From: a virus
Lineage: Duplodnaviria > Caudoviricetes
Length of the DNA: 55,319 bases
Strand: one strand, 5' to 3'
IMG/VR virus record: IMGVR_UViG_3300036835_000046
Coordinates: 1 to 55,319 of that record
The notes under the pieces are model-generated. The model did not search any database. It saw nothing but the letters and a program-made list of their open reading frames with translations, and was not told where the DNA came from. Numbering within the stretch: position 1 is the stretch's first letter; each line of letters starts with the position of its first letter. This document shows, in pieces, positions 45,982 through 55,304 of the stretch. The position numbers and the translations under genes are program-made.

Positions 45982-46685
45982 CAGCGTGTCCGACGTGTCC
46001 GGGTCCTGGTCCTGGTTGCTCCTGCGCCCCTGCCAGCGCTGGTGCCGCGAGTCGAGAGGCGCGGGGCACCCATCTGGTCCTCGCTCTCAGCCTCGTCCCC
46101 GACGAAACCGCCAACCCTGCTGATGGTTGCGTGCTTGATCTTGAGCGTCGTGGCCAGGTCGCGGAAGCGCACGTAGTCGGAGTAGGCCGACTGGACAAGC
46201 GCCTTGGCAGAGACGACCGGCTCGCTGGTCGCCGCCTGCGCCTTGCGCTTGGCCTCGTTGCTCTGGTCGCTCTCCAGGATGGCGACCGCTTCCAGATAGT
46301 CAGCGATCTGGACATAGAAGCCGTGCTCGACGTAGGCCGTGCTGGCTCGCCAGGTCGCTGTGGAAAGGGCGTTGACAAAGCGCCCCATCAGGTTGGACAT
46401 CTCGTCGTGACTGGTGCTGGCCAGGTCATCGGGGATGACAGGCATCTCGCCCTCCCAGTCAGGAGGAGCACCCAGTCCGGCCACCGCAATGGCCTTGTCA
46501 TGAAGGCGGGCGTTGACGAACGCCGTCGCCAGCCCACCCGGCACCGCCGCCAGCAGTGCATCCTCGTCCGGGGCCTCCTTGCCCCTAGACGGCAGCTTGA
46601 GCGCTAGCTGGGATGAGCTAGCGCCCTTGCCGTTGCTGCTGCTGGCAGGGCGACGACGCCGAGTCCTTGTCGCCCCAGTTGGCAT
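45981..46685 (-). CDS. UvsY-like recombination mediator (putative)
   Basis: Helical hairpin pattern ...EAKRKAQAATSEPVVSAKALVQSAY...TISR; lies near the RecA-like gene. Confidence 0.45.
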   Translation of the reverse strand: MPTGATRTRRRRPASSSNGKGASSSQLALKLPSRGKEAPDEDALLAAVPGGLATAFVNARLHDKAIAVAGLGAPPDWEGEMPVIPDDLASTSHDEMSNLMGRFVNALSTATWRASTAYVEHGFYVQIADYLEAVAILESDQSNEAKRKAQAATSEPVVSAKALVQSAYSDYVRFRDLATTLKIKHATISRVGGFVGDEAESEDQMGAPRLSTRGTSAGRGAGATRTRTRTRRTR

Positions 46686-47644
46686 CAGACCTCGATCTCG
46701 ATCTCGCCCTCGGCCAGCGCCTCCAGGATCATCTCCCTGGTCAGCGTGATCGTTCCCGCGCCGTTGGAGGAGGGCTTGGCCTTGCCGCCGGTCAGCCCCG
46801 CCAGCCCGCCACGGCGGCGCTGCGGCTTCTCCTCCTCGCCGTCGCCGTCGCCCTCGCCCAGCGCGGCCTCCAGTTCGTCCAGTCGCTTGAAGACGTTGGA
46901 GCGCGGGGCCTTGCGCCCGTTCTCGTAGGCCCTGACGTACTCGATCTGCTCCAGCGTCAGGTCGCCATCCTTGGCAGCCTGCGCCAGCACCTTACGGATG
47001 TCGGCGGCAGTCGCCTTGTCATAGCCCTCCCACGGCTCCTCGCTGGGGGCCTCGCCCTCGCCCTCGGCCTCGCCGTCATCGCCGCCCTCGCCCTCCGGGG
47101 GGATGATCTCATCGATGTAGGCGAGCACGCGGCTGGAGGGCTTGTCCTGCGCCTCCTCCCAGGACGCGATGGCGACGAGCGAGTTGTAGTCGTCGTCATC
47201 GTCCATGTCGAGTTCGAGCGCCTTGATGGCCTTGACCCGGCTGGCCGCGCTCAACTCCTCGTAGCCCTTGATGATGTCCTCGATGTCCACGGCGGCCTCG
47301 CCGTCGCCATCGTTGTCACCGTCGGAGCCGTCGAGTTCCGGCAGGTCCCCGAACTCCACCTCGTCGCCATCGACCGAGATCCCGGCGAGTTCCAGGATGT
47401 TCTCGATCAGTTCGCCCATGGCGGCGAACTCCTCGTCGTCGTTGTCCGGCGTGACGCCCTTGTTGACATAGGCGTCGAGCATCTGGGCGACGTTCTCGGC
47501 GGCGTCGTCGATGCGCTCCTTCTTCGTCTTCGGGACCGTGTAGTCATCGATGACGTTGTTCTCGATGGCCATCTCCAGGATCGCCGTCGCATGGGCGTCG
47601 TCCAGCTTCAGATCGGAGATGTCGATTGCCTGCTTGGTTGGCAC
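46685..47644 (-). CDS. highly acidic protein with two GYD/E...(Y/W)E helical repeats
   Basis: AGGAGG RBS; IKGYEELSAA...WEEAQDKPSSRVL and WEGYDKATAA...YENGRKAPRSNVF. Confidence 0.75.
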   Translation of the reverse strand: MPTKQAIDISDLKLDDAHATAILEMAIENNVIDDYTVPKTKKERIDDAAENVAQMLDAYVNKGVTPDNDDEEFAAMGELIENILELAGISVDGDEVEFGDLPELDGSDGDNDGDGEAAVDIEDIIKGYEELSAASRVKAIKALELDMDDDDDYNSLVAIASWEEAQDKPSSRVLAYIDEIIPPEGEGGDDGEAEGEGEAPSEEPWEGYDKATAADIRKVLAQAAKDGDLTLEQIEYVRAYENGRKAPRSNVFKRLDELEAALGEGDGDGEEEKPQRRRGGLAGLTGGKAKPSSNGAGTITLTREMILEALAEGEIEIEV

Positions 47645-47761
47645 TTGGCCTCCTACGTTGATGTGTACACTCGGTTGACGTTGTGGCCCGCCCCAAGCCC
47701 CTCTGACTGCCAGGTCGGAGGAGGGCACAGGGCCTCCCAGCCCGGAGCGGGCCACCCAGGG

Positions 47762-47789
47762 ATCATAGCGCCTCAGCGCCGAGAATCAA
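47762..47789 (-). promoter_or_regulatory. sigma70/SigA-type promoter
   Basis: TTGATT-16 bp-TATGAT; GCTATGATCCCTG shared with the promoter at 23731. Confidence 0.55.
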
Positions 47790-47802
47790 GTCCAGAACGC
47801 TT

Positions 47803-48897
47803 CTACGCTGCTCTGGCGGGCTTCTCGGCCCAGAACGTCTCGACCGCCTCACGCACGCGCGACGGGTCGTACTCAGGGCGTATCTCCCGCGTATCGTCCA
47901 CGCCTGCGCTGGCGCTCAGAGCGATCCTACCACCCGCAGCGACGGCAGCGCGGTGATCGTCCCGGCAGATCTGTCCCCAGTCGCACCATTTGCAAGGGTA
48001 GTTGTCTTTCGTCCACTGCCAGCCGAACGGGTGTGAGAAGCGCTTGTCATCGAAGTTGGTAGCAGGCAGCAGGTCATCGAGGAACGCCTGTCGCCAACTG
48101 GCAAGGCGCTTGCGGCCTGCCGCCATGAACGCCGGGTCGTACTCGAACATGAACTCGAATGTGTCAATCGGGTTCTCACGGCTGACGTAGTACAGGTAGC
48201 CGCGCCGGGGCGGTGCCAGCGTCACTTCCCGCAGGCACTTGGTGCCGCCGTGCAGCGGACACATGACAGCATCCTTGGCGACAATGATGGCGAAACGGCC
48301 TGAGTTGAGACAGCGCAGCTTCGTGATCGCGCCCGCCTCATGCGCCACGCCGATCTGCGCCTTGACCTGCATCACGTGCTTAGGGTCAGGCCCACGGATC
48401 AACCGGCGCATCTGCTCGATCACGTCAGCGTCCTTGCTCTTGACCTCGGCCACCAGCGGCTCGATGTCGCGTGGCCAGCAGACGATGCTGTCAACCGTGG
48501 AGGTGAACCAGTAGGCCGGGTCGATGTACTGGTCTTGGAGCACGAATGGCAAGTGTGCTGGCGCAGAGACGAGGTAACCGGCGTCGTACCACTTGCGCAC
48601 CAACGAGTCCTCAAGTGCCTTGCCAGCTTCAGCCACCTGGCGTAGCCAGCGCGGAGTGACAGGCTTGATGAAGTCCATCATCGTGTAGAGCGCCGCCCGC
48701 CCGCAGGCGAACTGCTCGGCCGGGAACGACGAGCCATGGAAGCTGACATGCCAGACCTGGCCGTGGGCATGTCCGATCCTCGGCTGCTCGCGCTCCAGCA
48801 GCGCCGCGAACTTGTACGACGCCTCGGTCAACGGGTCGATCTCCCGCATCAACCCGATCCTGGCCCAGAACTCTCCCCTTGTAAGTCCCACTGTCAC
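47803..48897 (-). CDS. Cas4/AddB-like PD-(D/E)xK exonuclease (solo)
   Basis: N-terminal CGR, TVD...EVKSK, QxxxQ variant, C-terminal CKWCDWGQIC Fe-S ligand pattern. Confidence 0.8.
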   Translation of the reverse strand: MTVGLTRGEFWARIGLMREIDPLTEASYKFAALLEREQPRIGHAHGQVWHVSFHGSSFPAEQFACGRAALYTMMDFIKPVTPRWLRQVAEAGKALEDSLVRKWYDAGYLVSAPAHLPFVLQDQYIDPAYWFTSTVDSIVCWPRDIEPLVAEVKSKDADVIEQMRRLIRGPDPKHVMQVKAQIGVAHEAGAITKLRCLNSGRFAIIVAKDAVMCPLHGGTKCLREVTLAPPRRGYLYYVSRENPIDTFEFMFEYDPAFMAAGRKRLASWRQAFLDDLLPATNFDDKRFSHPFGWQWTKDNYPCKWCDWGQICRDDHRAAVAAGGRIALSASAGVDDTREIRPEYDPSRVREAVETFWAEKPARAA

Positions 48898-49142
48898 TCC
48901 GTCCCTAGAAACTCCCCGAGCAGCACCCTGTCAGGTCGGTAGCGTGCTCGCCAGATCGTCTTGATCGTCCACTTGTGGCCGCGTGGACACAACAGGTAGC
49001 GCTCGAACGAGGGCTTGATGGCAATCGGCTTGAACATGGCGGCGTCAACGTCAAACACGTCCTGGTCCCAGTGCAGCGACAGATCAGTGATCCGCTCGCC
49101 GCAGGTCGGACAGTGAAGCTCACTGACATCGACACCTTGCAT
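48894..49142 (-). CDS. small Zn-ribbon protein
   Basis: CPTCG...CPRGHKW. Confidence 0.7.
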   Translation of the reverse strand: MQGVDVSELHCPTCGERITDLSLHWDQDVFDVDAAMFKPIAIKPSFERYLLCPRGHKWTIKTIWRARYRPDRVLLGEFLGTE

Positions 49143-49143
49143 G

Positions 49144-49809
49144 TCACTTCATCATCCGCACTTGCAGCGGACCGCAGGGCGACTCGAAGCGCACGTTGTC
49201 AGCCGACCTGGCGTATAGCCAGCCACGCTCGTCGTAGCGCTCGATGCAGCCGGTGAACTGGCCTAGCTCGCCTGGCGTGCGCGAGTAGGCGGCGTCGTAG
49301 GGCCACTCTATGACCACCCAACTGCCAACTGGAAAACTCGGCTGCAAGCGGCGAGCGCGGCGGGCATGGGCGCTGCCTGCGTGCGCGTCTCTGGAGCCGC
49401 CGAAGGGCTGACGGAGGGCTGGCGATCTCCCAGAGGGCGGCTTCGTCAATGTGGACGACAGGGGGATATCGCCCAGACGCAACCCAGGCACCGGCTCGCT
49501 GGTAGAGGGCTTCGGCTTGCTCTCGGGTTTCGACAACTGGGTAGGCGTAACGGCCGCTTTGGACCGCACCCGAGTTGATGCCTTCCGCGAAGCGCCAGAT
49601 CTCGAACTGCCGGTTCCACCACCGTCTGACAGCAGCGCGTTCAGCGGTCGGGTCGGGGAAGATGATCGGTCTTCCTTCGTAGAGGGCTTGGATGACGGCA
49701 AGTTGCCAGTCGGCAAGTTCGAGTCCGTGCCCAGCAGCGAAGCTAGCGATCCACCGCGTGATGTCTTCTTGGTTGTCTTCTTGCTTGCCCATGGGTTCTT
49801 GTCGCTCAT
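49144..49809 (-). CDS. hypothetical protein with disordered N-terminus and SH3-like C-terminus
   Basis: ATGA overlap with the RecA-like stop; ends 1 nt before the next gene; FPVGSWVVIEW. Confidence 0.55.
   Translation of the reverse strand: MSDKNPWASKKTTKKTSRGGSLASLLGTDSNLPTGNLPSSKPSTKEDRSSSPTRPLNALLSDGGGTGSSRSGASRKASTRVRSKAAVTPTQLSKPESKPKPSTSEPVPGLRLGDIPLSSTLTKPPSGRSPALRQPFGGSRDAHAGSAHARRARRLQPSFPVGSWVVIEWPYDAAYSRTPGELGQFTGCIERYDERGWLYARSADNVRFESPCGPLQVRMMK
49199..49792 (-). CDS. overlapping hypothetical protein resembling a degenerate ATPase fragment
   Basis: LELADWQLAVIQALY and VVHIDEAA; nested in another frame of 49144..49809. Confidence 0.5.
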   Translation of the reverse strand: MGKQEDNQEDITRWIASFAAGHGLELADWQLAVIQALYEGRPIIFPDPTAERAAVRRWWNRQFEIWRFAEGINSGAVQSGRYAYPVVETREQAEALYQRAGAWVASGRYPPVVHIDEAALWEIASPPSALRRLQRRARRQRPCPPRSPLAAEFSSWQLGGHRVALRRRLLAHARRARPVHRLHRALRRAWLAIRQVG

Positions 49810-51074
49810 GTGTCCAACTTCAGTCTGGTCAGGATGCGCTCGCGCAACTCGTCGTCCTCAGCGATGGCCTGCCGTGCCGCAGGCTCGCCCTTCCACCCGA
49901 AGTCGCCCTTGCCGCGCGCCTTGGGAATACGCTCGAAGTCGTCGTCAAGCGGGTAGAACATGCCGCCGCCGCCGCTGTCGATGATGTGGTAGTGCTCAGC
50001 CGCTTGCAGTAGCTCGAACTCGGTGTCGAAGCCGACCTCTTGGATCAACTCGCCGGTGTAAGTGTCAGTGACAGGGAACTGGAAGCGCATCTTGGCGTTG
50101 CGGAACGGCTTGCCGGTCGAGTTCTTGTCGAGCTTGCAGTTCATCTCCAGACCGGCAACCTCATGGCCATCCGTGCCGAGCGCCATGAAGTCGTTCGAGG
50201 CCCGCTTGTAGTCGTCGGTCAGCGCCCGGTCGTCGGTCATGTAGAGCTTCCTGCCAGGACTGAACTGGATCGAGAGCGAGTGGTTGTGCTTGAAGAAGCG
50301 CATCTGCGGCGGCGTCTCAGGGGCAACCTGCTTGCCACCCTTGAAGACCGTCTTGCCAAGCTGCGTGCGGACCTGATCCACGAAGATGATCGTGTTCTCT
50401 TGCCGGTCCATCCGCCGCCTGACCTTGCGCAGCCGCCGCCACGCCTGCGGAGCCGAGCCGCGCTCGTACTCCCCCGGCACCAGGCCCGCCTCCATCATCG
50501 ACTCGGCGTTGCTCACACTGTCAACGATGACGATGTGGTACGCCTCGACCATCTCGGCCATCTGCCAGGCGATGTTCTCGATGATGTTCTCGTCCAGGAC
50601 GATCAGCTTGTCCTCGTCCTTGACATCGATCCCGAGCGCAGCAGCGAAGTCCCAGGCGAACCGCTGCTCGGTGTCGTAGATGGCAACTGACATGCCATCA
50701 GGGAAGCGCGCCAGCAGCCGTTCGAGCTTCTTGGCCAGCAGGCGTGCGTAGATCTTGTTGCGCTGGGCCTCGTAGAAGCGGATCTCGCGCTCGTACTGCG
50801 CGCTGATGACCTCGCCGTAGTTCTGCGCCGTGTAGATCAGGCCGAGATTGGTAAGCGACTTGCCAGATCCCTCGTCGCCCCACCAGCGGTTCCAGTGGCC
50901 GATGGCCGCGCCGCCACCTGTCGCCCACGTGAGCATCGGGTTCCAAGGGAACGGCAGCCGGGGCACGCCGTCGAGAATGCCAGGCGTGTTGCCGGTGAAA
51001 ATGCGCGTCTCCCAGTCCTTGTTCTCCAGGACCCAGGCGCGTACTGCTGCTCTCTTTGTTGCGTCAACGGGCAA
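49806..51074 (-). CDS. recA: RecA/UvsX-like recombinase
   Basis: GDEGSGKS Walker A, IYDTEQRF, IVIVDSVS, IFVDQVR, LDKNSTGKPF. Confidence 0.85.
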   Translation of the reverse strand: MPVDATKRAAVRAWVLENKDWETRIFTGNTPGILDGVPRLPFPWNPMLTWATGGGAAIGHWNRWWGDEGSGKSLTNLGLIYTAQNYGEVISAQYEREIRFYEAQRNKIYARLLAKKLERLLARFPDGMSVAIYDTEQRFAWDFAAALGIDVKDEDKLIVLDENIIENIAWQMAEMVEAYHIVIVDSVSNAESMMEAGLVPGEYERGSAPQAWRRLRKVRRRMDRQENTIIFVDQVRTQLGKTVFKGGKQVAPETPPQMRFFKHNHSLSIQFSPGRKLYMTDDRALTDDYKRASNDFMALGTDGHEVAGLEMNCKLDKNSTGKPFRNAKMRFQFPVTDTYTGELIQEVGFDTEFELLQAAEHYHIIDSGGGGMFYPLDDDFERIPKARGKGDFGWKGEPAARQAIAEDDELRERILTRLKLDT

Positions 51075-54000
51075 GTGCCCTCATCTTTCGGTTGAACTTG
51101 ACGCCGCCATTGCCATTGCGCTTGCCGGTGTTGAGCGGGGGTGGCTCCCAGCCGTGGTCCGCAGCGACCTCGATGACATCAAAGATGTCGTTGACTGTGA
51201 TCGCCCCACGATCATTCTTGCGCCCTCGGACGAGGAACGCGGTCGGCTCGCGCAGGTACTTGTGATCTCGTCGGTAGGTGTGTGGGAAGAAGGTAAGTGT
51301 GTAGACATCGGAGCCGAAGGCCATGTCCACGAACGCCATCTTGTCGCCACCCTTGGTGGTGATGACAGACGTGCGGGTGACCTCGCCGCCGACGGTCACG
51401 TTAGCAGCTTCGCACTCCTCACAGTCGCAATTCGAGCCGTGGAGCCAACTGCCCTTGACCTTGCGCCGCTTTGGGGCCTGCGGGATCTCGTCCACCTCGG
51501 CCATCGTCATGATCCGCTCCTCGATGAAGTCGTAGTAGCGGACGACTGGTGACCCACTTGTCATGCCGATGTTCAGCGACTCACGCTCGAACATGGCGAT
51601 GTCAGCCGGGGTCGGCGGCACCACCTCGTTAGTGGGATTGACACCCTTCTCGCGGATGAACTCAGCCACCGTGTAGGTGTCGTGGCGCTCCTCCCACGAC
51701 TCGGCATACTTGTCCTTGTGCTTGACGCAGTGCATCAGCGCCAGCGTCTCCTCGGCCTTTGCCCGTAGCTCCTGCGCCACGTCGATGTCAACCTTGCGCC
51801 GCTGGAGCATCTGGACTTGCTTCTCTGACAACTTGACTGTCTTAGGTCGGGAGCAGCCACAGGCCATCTGGACCTGGAACTTCAGCATCAGACCCTCCCA
51901 CTGGCCCGCCTGGCTGAGCAGGTACTCACGGTCATCGGTGCTGTCGAACGCGCCTGCCTTCACCAGTGCGATGGCATGCGTCTTGTTGGTGCCCTCGGGA
52001 TTGCGCTGGCAGTAGTCGGTGAACGACATGTAAGGACGGTTGGCCATGATCCCCTGCGCCGCCGCCCAGCCCATCTCGTTGATGCTGGCCAGCCCGAAGC
52101 GCAGATTGCCATCGTCCACGATCCAGCCTGCCTCGCTGGCATTGACATCAGGCGGCAGCGCCTCGACGCCGAACGTCCTGGCTTCACGCAGCCCGGACTT
52201 GAGGAACTGTTCCTGCTCCTTCTTGTCACCCTTGGTGCCAACCGTCAGAGCAGCGGCGTAGAAGGCCAGTGGGTAGTGGACCTTCAGCCACATGTCCTGG
52301 TACGCCTGAAGGCCGTAGGAGGCGCTGTGGGAGCGGTTGAAGCTGTAGCCGCCGAAGTTGAGGATGATCTGCCAGACCTCACGGATCAGCTTGTCCGGGA
52401 TGCCGTTCTTACGACAACCAGCTTCCCAGATCTCCCAGAACGGAGCCATCTCCTTCTGGGCCTCCTCTTTGCCAAGGCGGTAGAGCTTCGAGATCGCCTT
52501 GCGCATGAAGTCGGCCTGCGCCCCGGTGAAGTTGCCCATCGCCTTGCAAACCTGCATGACTTGTTCCTGGAAGGCGATGATGCCGTACGTGTAGCCCAGG
52601 TACGGCTCCAGCGAGTCATGCCACAGCTTCCACTTGCTCTTGCCCCGCTTGCGCTGGACGAACTCATCGATCTGCGCCGACGCTCCCGGTCGGTACAGCG
52701 CGTTGACCAACGCGATCTCGATTGTGTCCACTGGGGAGACAGCACGCATGGCGTCGGTCATCCCGCGCCCGGAAAGCTGGAACACGTCCCACGTCTTGCC
52801 TTCGATGAACGCATCCATGACAGGCCCCTCGACATCGCGTGGGTCACGCAGTGGCGATAGCTCGTTCGGCTCGACTGTCTCGCCGTAGTAGCGCTCGATC
52901 AGATCGACAGCGGCCTGGATCTTGTTCAGGGAGGTGATACCGAGCAGGTCGAACTTCTGCCAGCCGTACATCGAGACGATGGGGAACTCGATCCGGTCAG
53001 CCCACGCGGTGATGATCGACCGGCCGTCGCTGCCGGTCTGAAGTGCCATCCCAGTGTCCACTACCGGCTCGTCGGTGATGATGATCGCGCTGGCGTGACG
53101 ACTGTCGTTCTTGATCTGATCTTCGAGGTTGAGCATGTGCTGCCACCACTCGGGGTGGTTGCCCTTGAACTTGCCGACAAGCGGGTTGTTGGCAGCGATC
53201 TTCTCCAGCCCACGCTCAGTGTCCCCGATGCTGTCACAGACCTCCTTGATCTCCTTGAAGTCGGCGTCCTGGGTGTTGGACACCTCCCTGATGACTGCAC
53301 GCGGCCCGAAGGTCTGGTAGGCGATCACGTCAGCCACGCGGTTATAGCCGTAGACCACACGCAGGTATTCCTTGACAAGATCCCTGCCATACTCGCCACC
53401 CTCGAAGTCGGTGTCGATGTCTGGCATGCCCTCACGGTCGGGGTTCAGGAAGCGCTCGAACAGCAATTCATGCGGGATCGGATCGATCTGGGTGATGCCG
53501 ATCAGGTAGCTGATGATGCAGCCTGCGGCGCTGCCTCGGCCGAGTCCGACACGGATCGGTTTCTTGCGCTTGCCCTTTGGGTAGATGACCCTGGACCCGA
53601 TGCGGATCGGGAGCGGCTTGCTGCTCTTGGCCCACCGCACAAAGTCCCCGACGATGTAGAAGTAGGCGATGACATCTTTGTTGACAAGAACATCCCACTC
53701 CTCCTTGACCCGGCGCTCGTACTCCTCGTATGGGTAGCGCTTCCAATGCTGCGCCGGATAGGAGTCCTTGATGCGCGTTAGCCCCTCCTGCACCCACTCC
53801 CACACAACCTTGTTGACATCGAGGTCAACGTGAGGCATCTTGAGGGACTTGCCGAACGTGAACGGCCGGAAGCTGCCAAAGAAGTCATGGGTGTTGGCCA
53901 TCGCCTCCCGAACAACGGCAGTCGGAAGGTCAGGATGGTTGTCGGTGAACTGCTGAGCCATCTCCTCAGCCGACGTGAGGTACACGGAATCGATCTCCTC

Positions 54001-54813
54001 CGTGTAGGTGTCCTCACCCGACGCCTGTTTGCTCTCCTTCTTGGAGATCGTCTGGCGGTAGGAGATCATCCGAACTATCGACTGGGTTTGCATCCAGTGC
54101 TGGTATGGGGTGTGAACGTCCTGGGTAGCTATGAGCGGCTCGCCCAGATCATGCGCGACGTTGACAACCCCAATGTTGTACTGGCGCTGGAAGTCGAAGT
54201 TGTGCGGCATGATCTCCAGCCACACTGGCCCGAACTGCTGCATCTGGCGGACCCAACGCTTCGCCCCTCGTTCGTCGCCACCCATGATGTAGAAGGCCAG
54301 TGGCGAGGAGATACAAGCAGTGGAGAAGATCAGCCCTTCATGGTCGTTCTCCAACATGTCAAGATCGATGACGGGCTTACCGTAAAACCCGCCTCCAAAC
54401 TCCTTCTTGACCCACGATTTCGCACTCAGCCGCAGCAACGTCCGCCAACCCTGTAGCGAGCCAGCGTGGATGCAGAGATGCTGCGCCCAGTTGTGACCGT
54501 TCTTGCCATACCGCGACTCGTCCGACAGGTCCATGAACCGATCTGGACGGTAGTAAGCCTCGATGCCAAGCGTCGGCACCAGCCGTTCAGTGCCAGCCCG
54601 CATGACACTGGGGTCAAGGGGGTTCTCGTACTTCTCCGGGTGGCGGCAGGCGTGAACGTGTTCCAGCACACCACCCAACCGGCCATGGTTGGTGATCGCC
54701 AGGTAGTCCTGACCCTTGCGCACCGCCTCGTAGCTGAGTTGGTTGCGGTTGGCCGACCCGTCAAGCAGGCTGTATTCGTCGTGGCAGTGGGCGTGACCCG
54801 CAAACTTGACCAT
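51064..54813 (-). CDS. dnaE: DNA polymerase III alpha subunit
   Basis: PHP HCHDEYSLLDG, GRGSAAG, FERFLNPDR..MPDIDTDF, KFDLLGI, YSFNRSHS, C-terminal OB fold. Confidence 0.97.
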   Translation of the reverse strand: MVKFAGHAHCHDEYSLLDGSANRNQLSYEAVRKGQDYLAITNHGRLGGVLEHVHACRHPEKYENPLDPSVMRAGTERLVPTLGIEAYYRPDRFMDLSDESRYGKNGHNWAQHLCIHAGSLQGWRTLLRLSAKSWVKKEFGGGFYGKPVIDLDMLENDHEGLIFSTACISSPLAFYIMGGDERGAKRWVRQMQQFGPVWLEIMPHNFDFQRQYNIGVVNVAHDLGEPLIATQDVHTPYQHWMQTQSIVRMISYRQTISKKESKQASGEDTYTEEIDSVYLTSAEEMAQQFTDNHPDLPTAVVREAMANTHDFFGSFRPFTFGKSLKMPHVDLDVNKVVWEWVQEGLTRIKDSYPAQHWKRYPYEEYERRVKEEWDVLVNKDVIAYFYIVGDFVRWAKSSKPLPIRIGSRVIYPKGKRKKPIRVGLGRGSAAGCIISYLIGITQIDPIPHELLFERFLNPDREGMPDIDTDFEGGEYGRDLVKEYLRVVYGYNRVADVIAYQTFGPRAVIREVSNTQDADFKEIKEVCDSIGDTERGLEKIAANNPLVGKFKGNHPEWWQHMLNLEDQIKNDSRHASAIIITDEPVVDTGMALQTGSDGRSIITAWADRIEFPIVSMYGWQKFDLLGITSLNKIQAAVDLIERYYGETVEPNELSPLRDPRDVEGPVMDAFIEGKTWDVFQLSGRGMTDAMRAVSPVDTIEIALVNALYRPGASAQIDEFVQRKRGKSKWKLWHDSLEPYLGYTYGIIAFQEQVMQVCKAMGNFTGAQADFMRKAISKLYRLGKEEAQKEMAPFWEIWEAGCRKNGIPDKLIREVWQIILNFGGYSFNRSHSASYGLQAYQDMWLKVHYPLAFYAAALTVGTKGDKKEQEQFLKSGLREARTFGVEALPPDVNASEAGWIVDDGNLRFGLASINEMGWAAAQGIMANRPYMSFTDYCQRNPEGTNKTHAIALVKAGAFDSTDDREYLLSQAGQWEGLMLKFQVQMACGCSRPKTVKLSEKQVQMLQRRKVDIDVAQELRAKAEETLALMHCVKHKDKYAESWEERHDTYTVAEFIREKGVNPTNEVVPPTPADIAMFERESLNIGMTSGSPVVRYYDFIEERIMTMAEVDEIPQAPKRRKVKGSWLHGSNCDCEECEAANVTVGGEVTRTSVITTKGGDKMAFVDMAFGSDVYTLTFFPHTYRRDHKYLREPTAFLVRGRKNDRGAITVNDIFDVIEVAADHGWEPPPLNTGKRNGNGGVKFNRKMRALAR

Positions 54814-54839
54814 GGCTCCCCTTGATAAGCCAGGTTGGT

Positions 54840-55304
54840 TTACATACCTTTCAGCACGACTGGTACACCAGACGGCACCGAGCCGTCCCACACGCGGGCG
54901 AACTTCTTGTCAACCGGGTCGTCAGCGAACGTGTGACGATCTCCGACCTCACCCGTTGCCTGTTCGGGATCGTGCGGGCGCGCTGCCCACTCGCGCTGTG
55001 CCTTCTCGGCTGACATCTGCGCCTCGCTCTTGGTCTGGACCAGGCCCACGATGCCGGTTTCGACACCTCGCTTGACCCACGCGCCATCGACGCTGAACTC
55101 GACCAGCACGTCGGCTGTCTCGATGGCGCGCAGCACGCCCTCACGGCCCTCGACAGGTACGTTGATGTTTCCACCGTCGGCATAGACCTTGCCGTTGCGC
55201 GCGTCAATGATGACGACACGCTGTCGCTGCGTCGGCGTGGACATCAGCATCTCCCCTGTCTCCTGATCGACCAGCATCTCGCCTGTCACATCACTGACTG
55301 GCAC
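54840..55304 (-). CDS. hypothetical protein
   Basis: 154-aa ORF with codon bias, upstream of dnaE. Confidence 0.65.
   Translation of the reverse strand: MPVSDVTGEMLVDQETGEMLMSTPTQRQRVVIIDARNGKVYADGGNINVPVEGREGVLRAIETADVLVEFSVDGAWVKRGVETGIVGLVQTKSEAQMSAEKAQREWAARPHDPEQATGEVGDRHTFADDPVDKKFARVWDGSVPSGVPVVLKGM

Noticed and set aside
47803-48897. CRISPR-Cas system
   Set aside because: Solo Cas4-like nuclease in a recombination operon; no cas1/cas2 and no array seen in the window.
41505-54813. Inteins in TerL, RecA or DnaE
   Set aside because: No C...HN/(C,S,T) splice motifs or LAGLIDADG blocks seen; the insertions are short.
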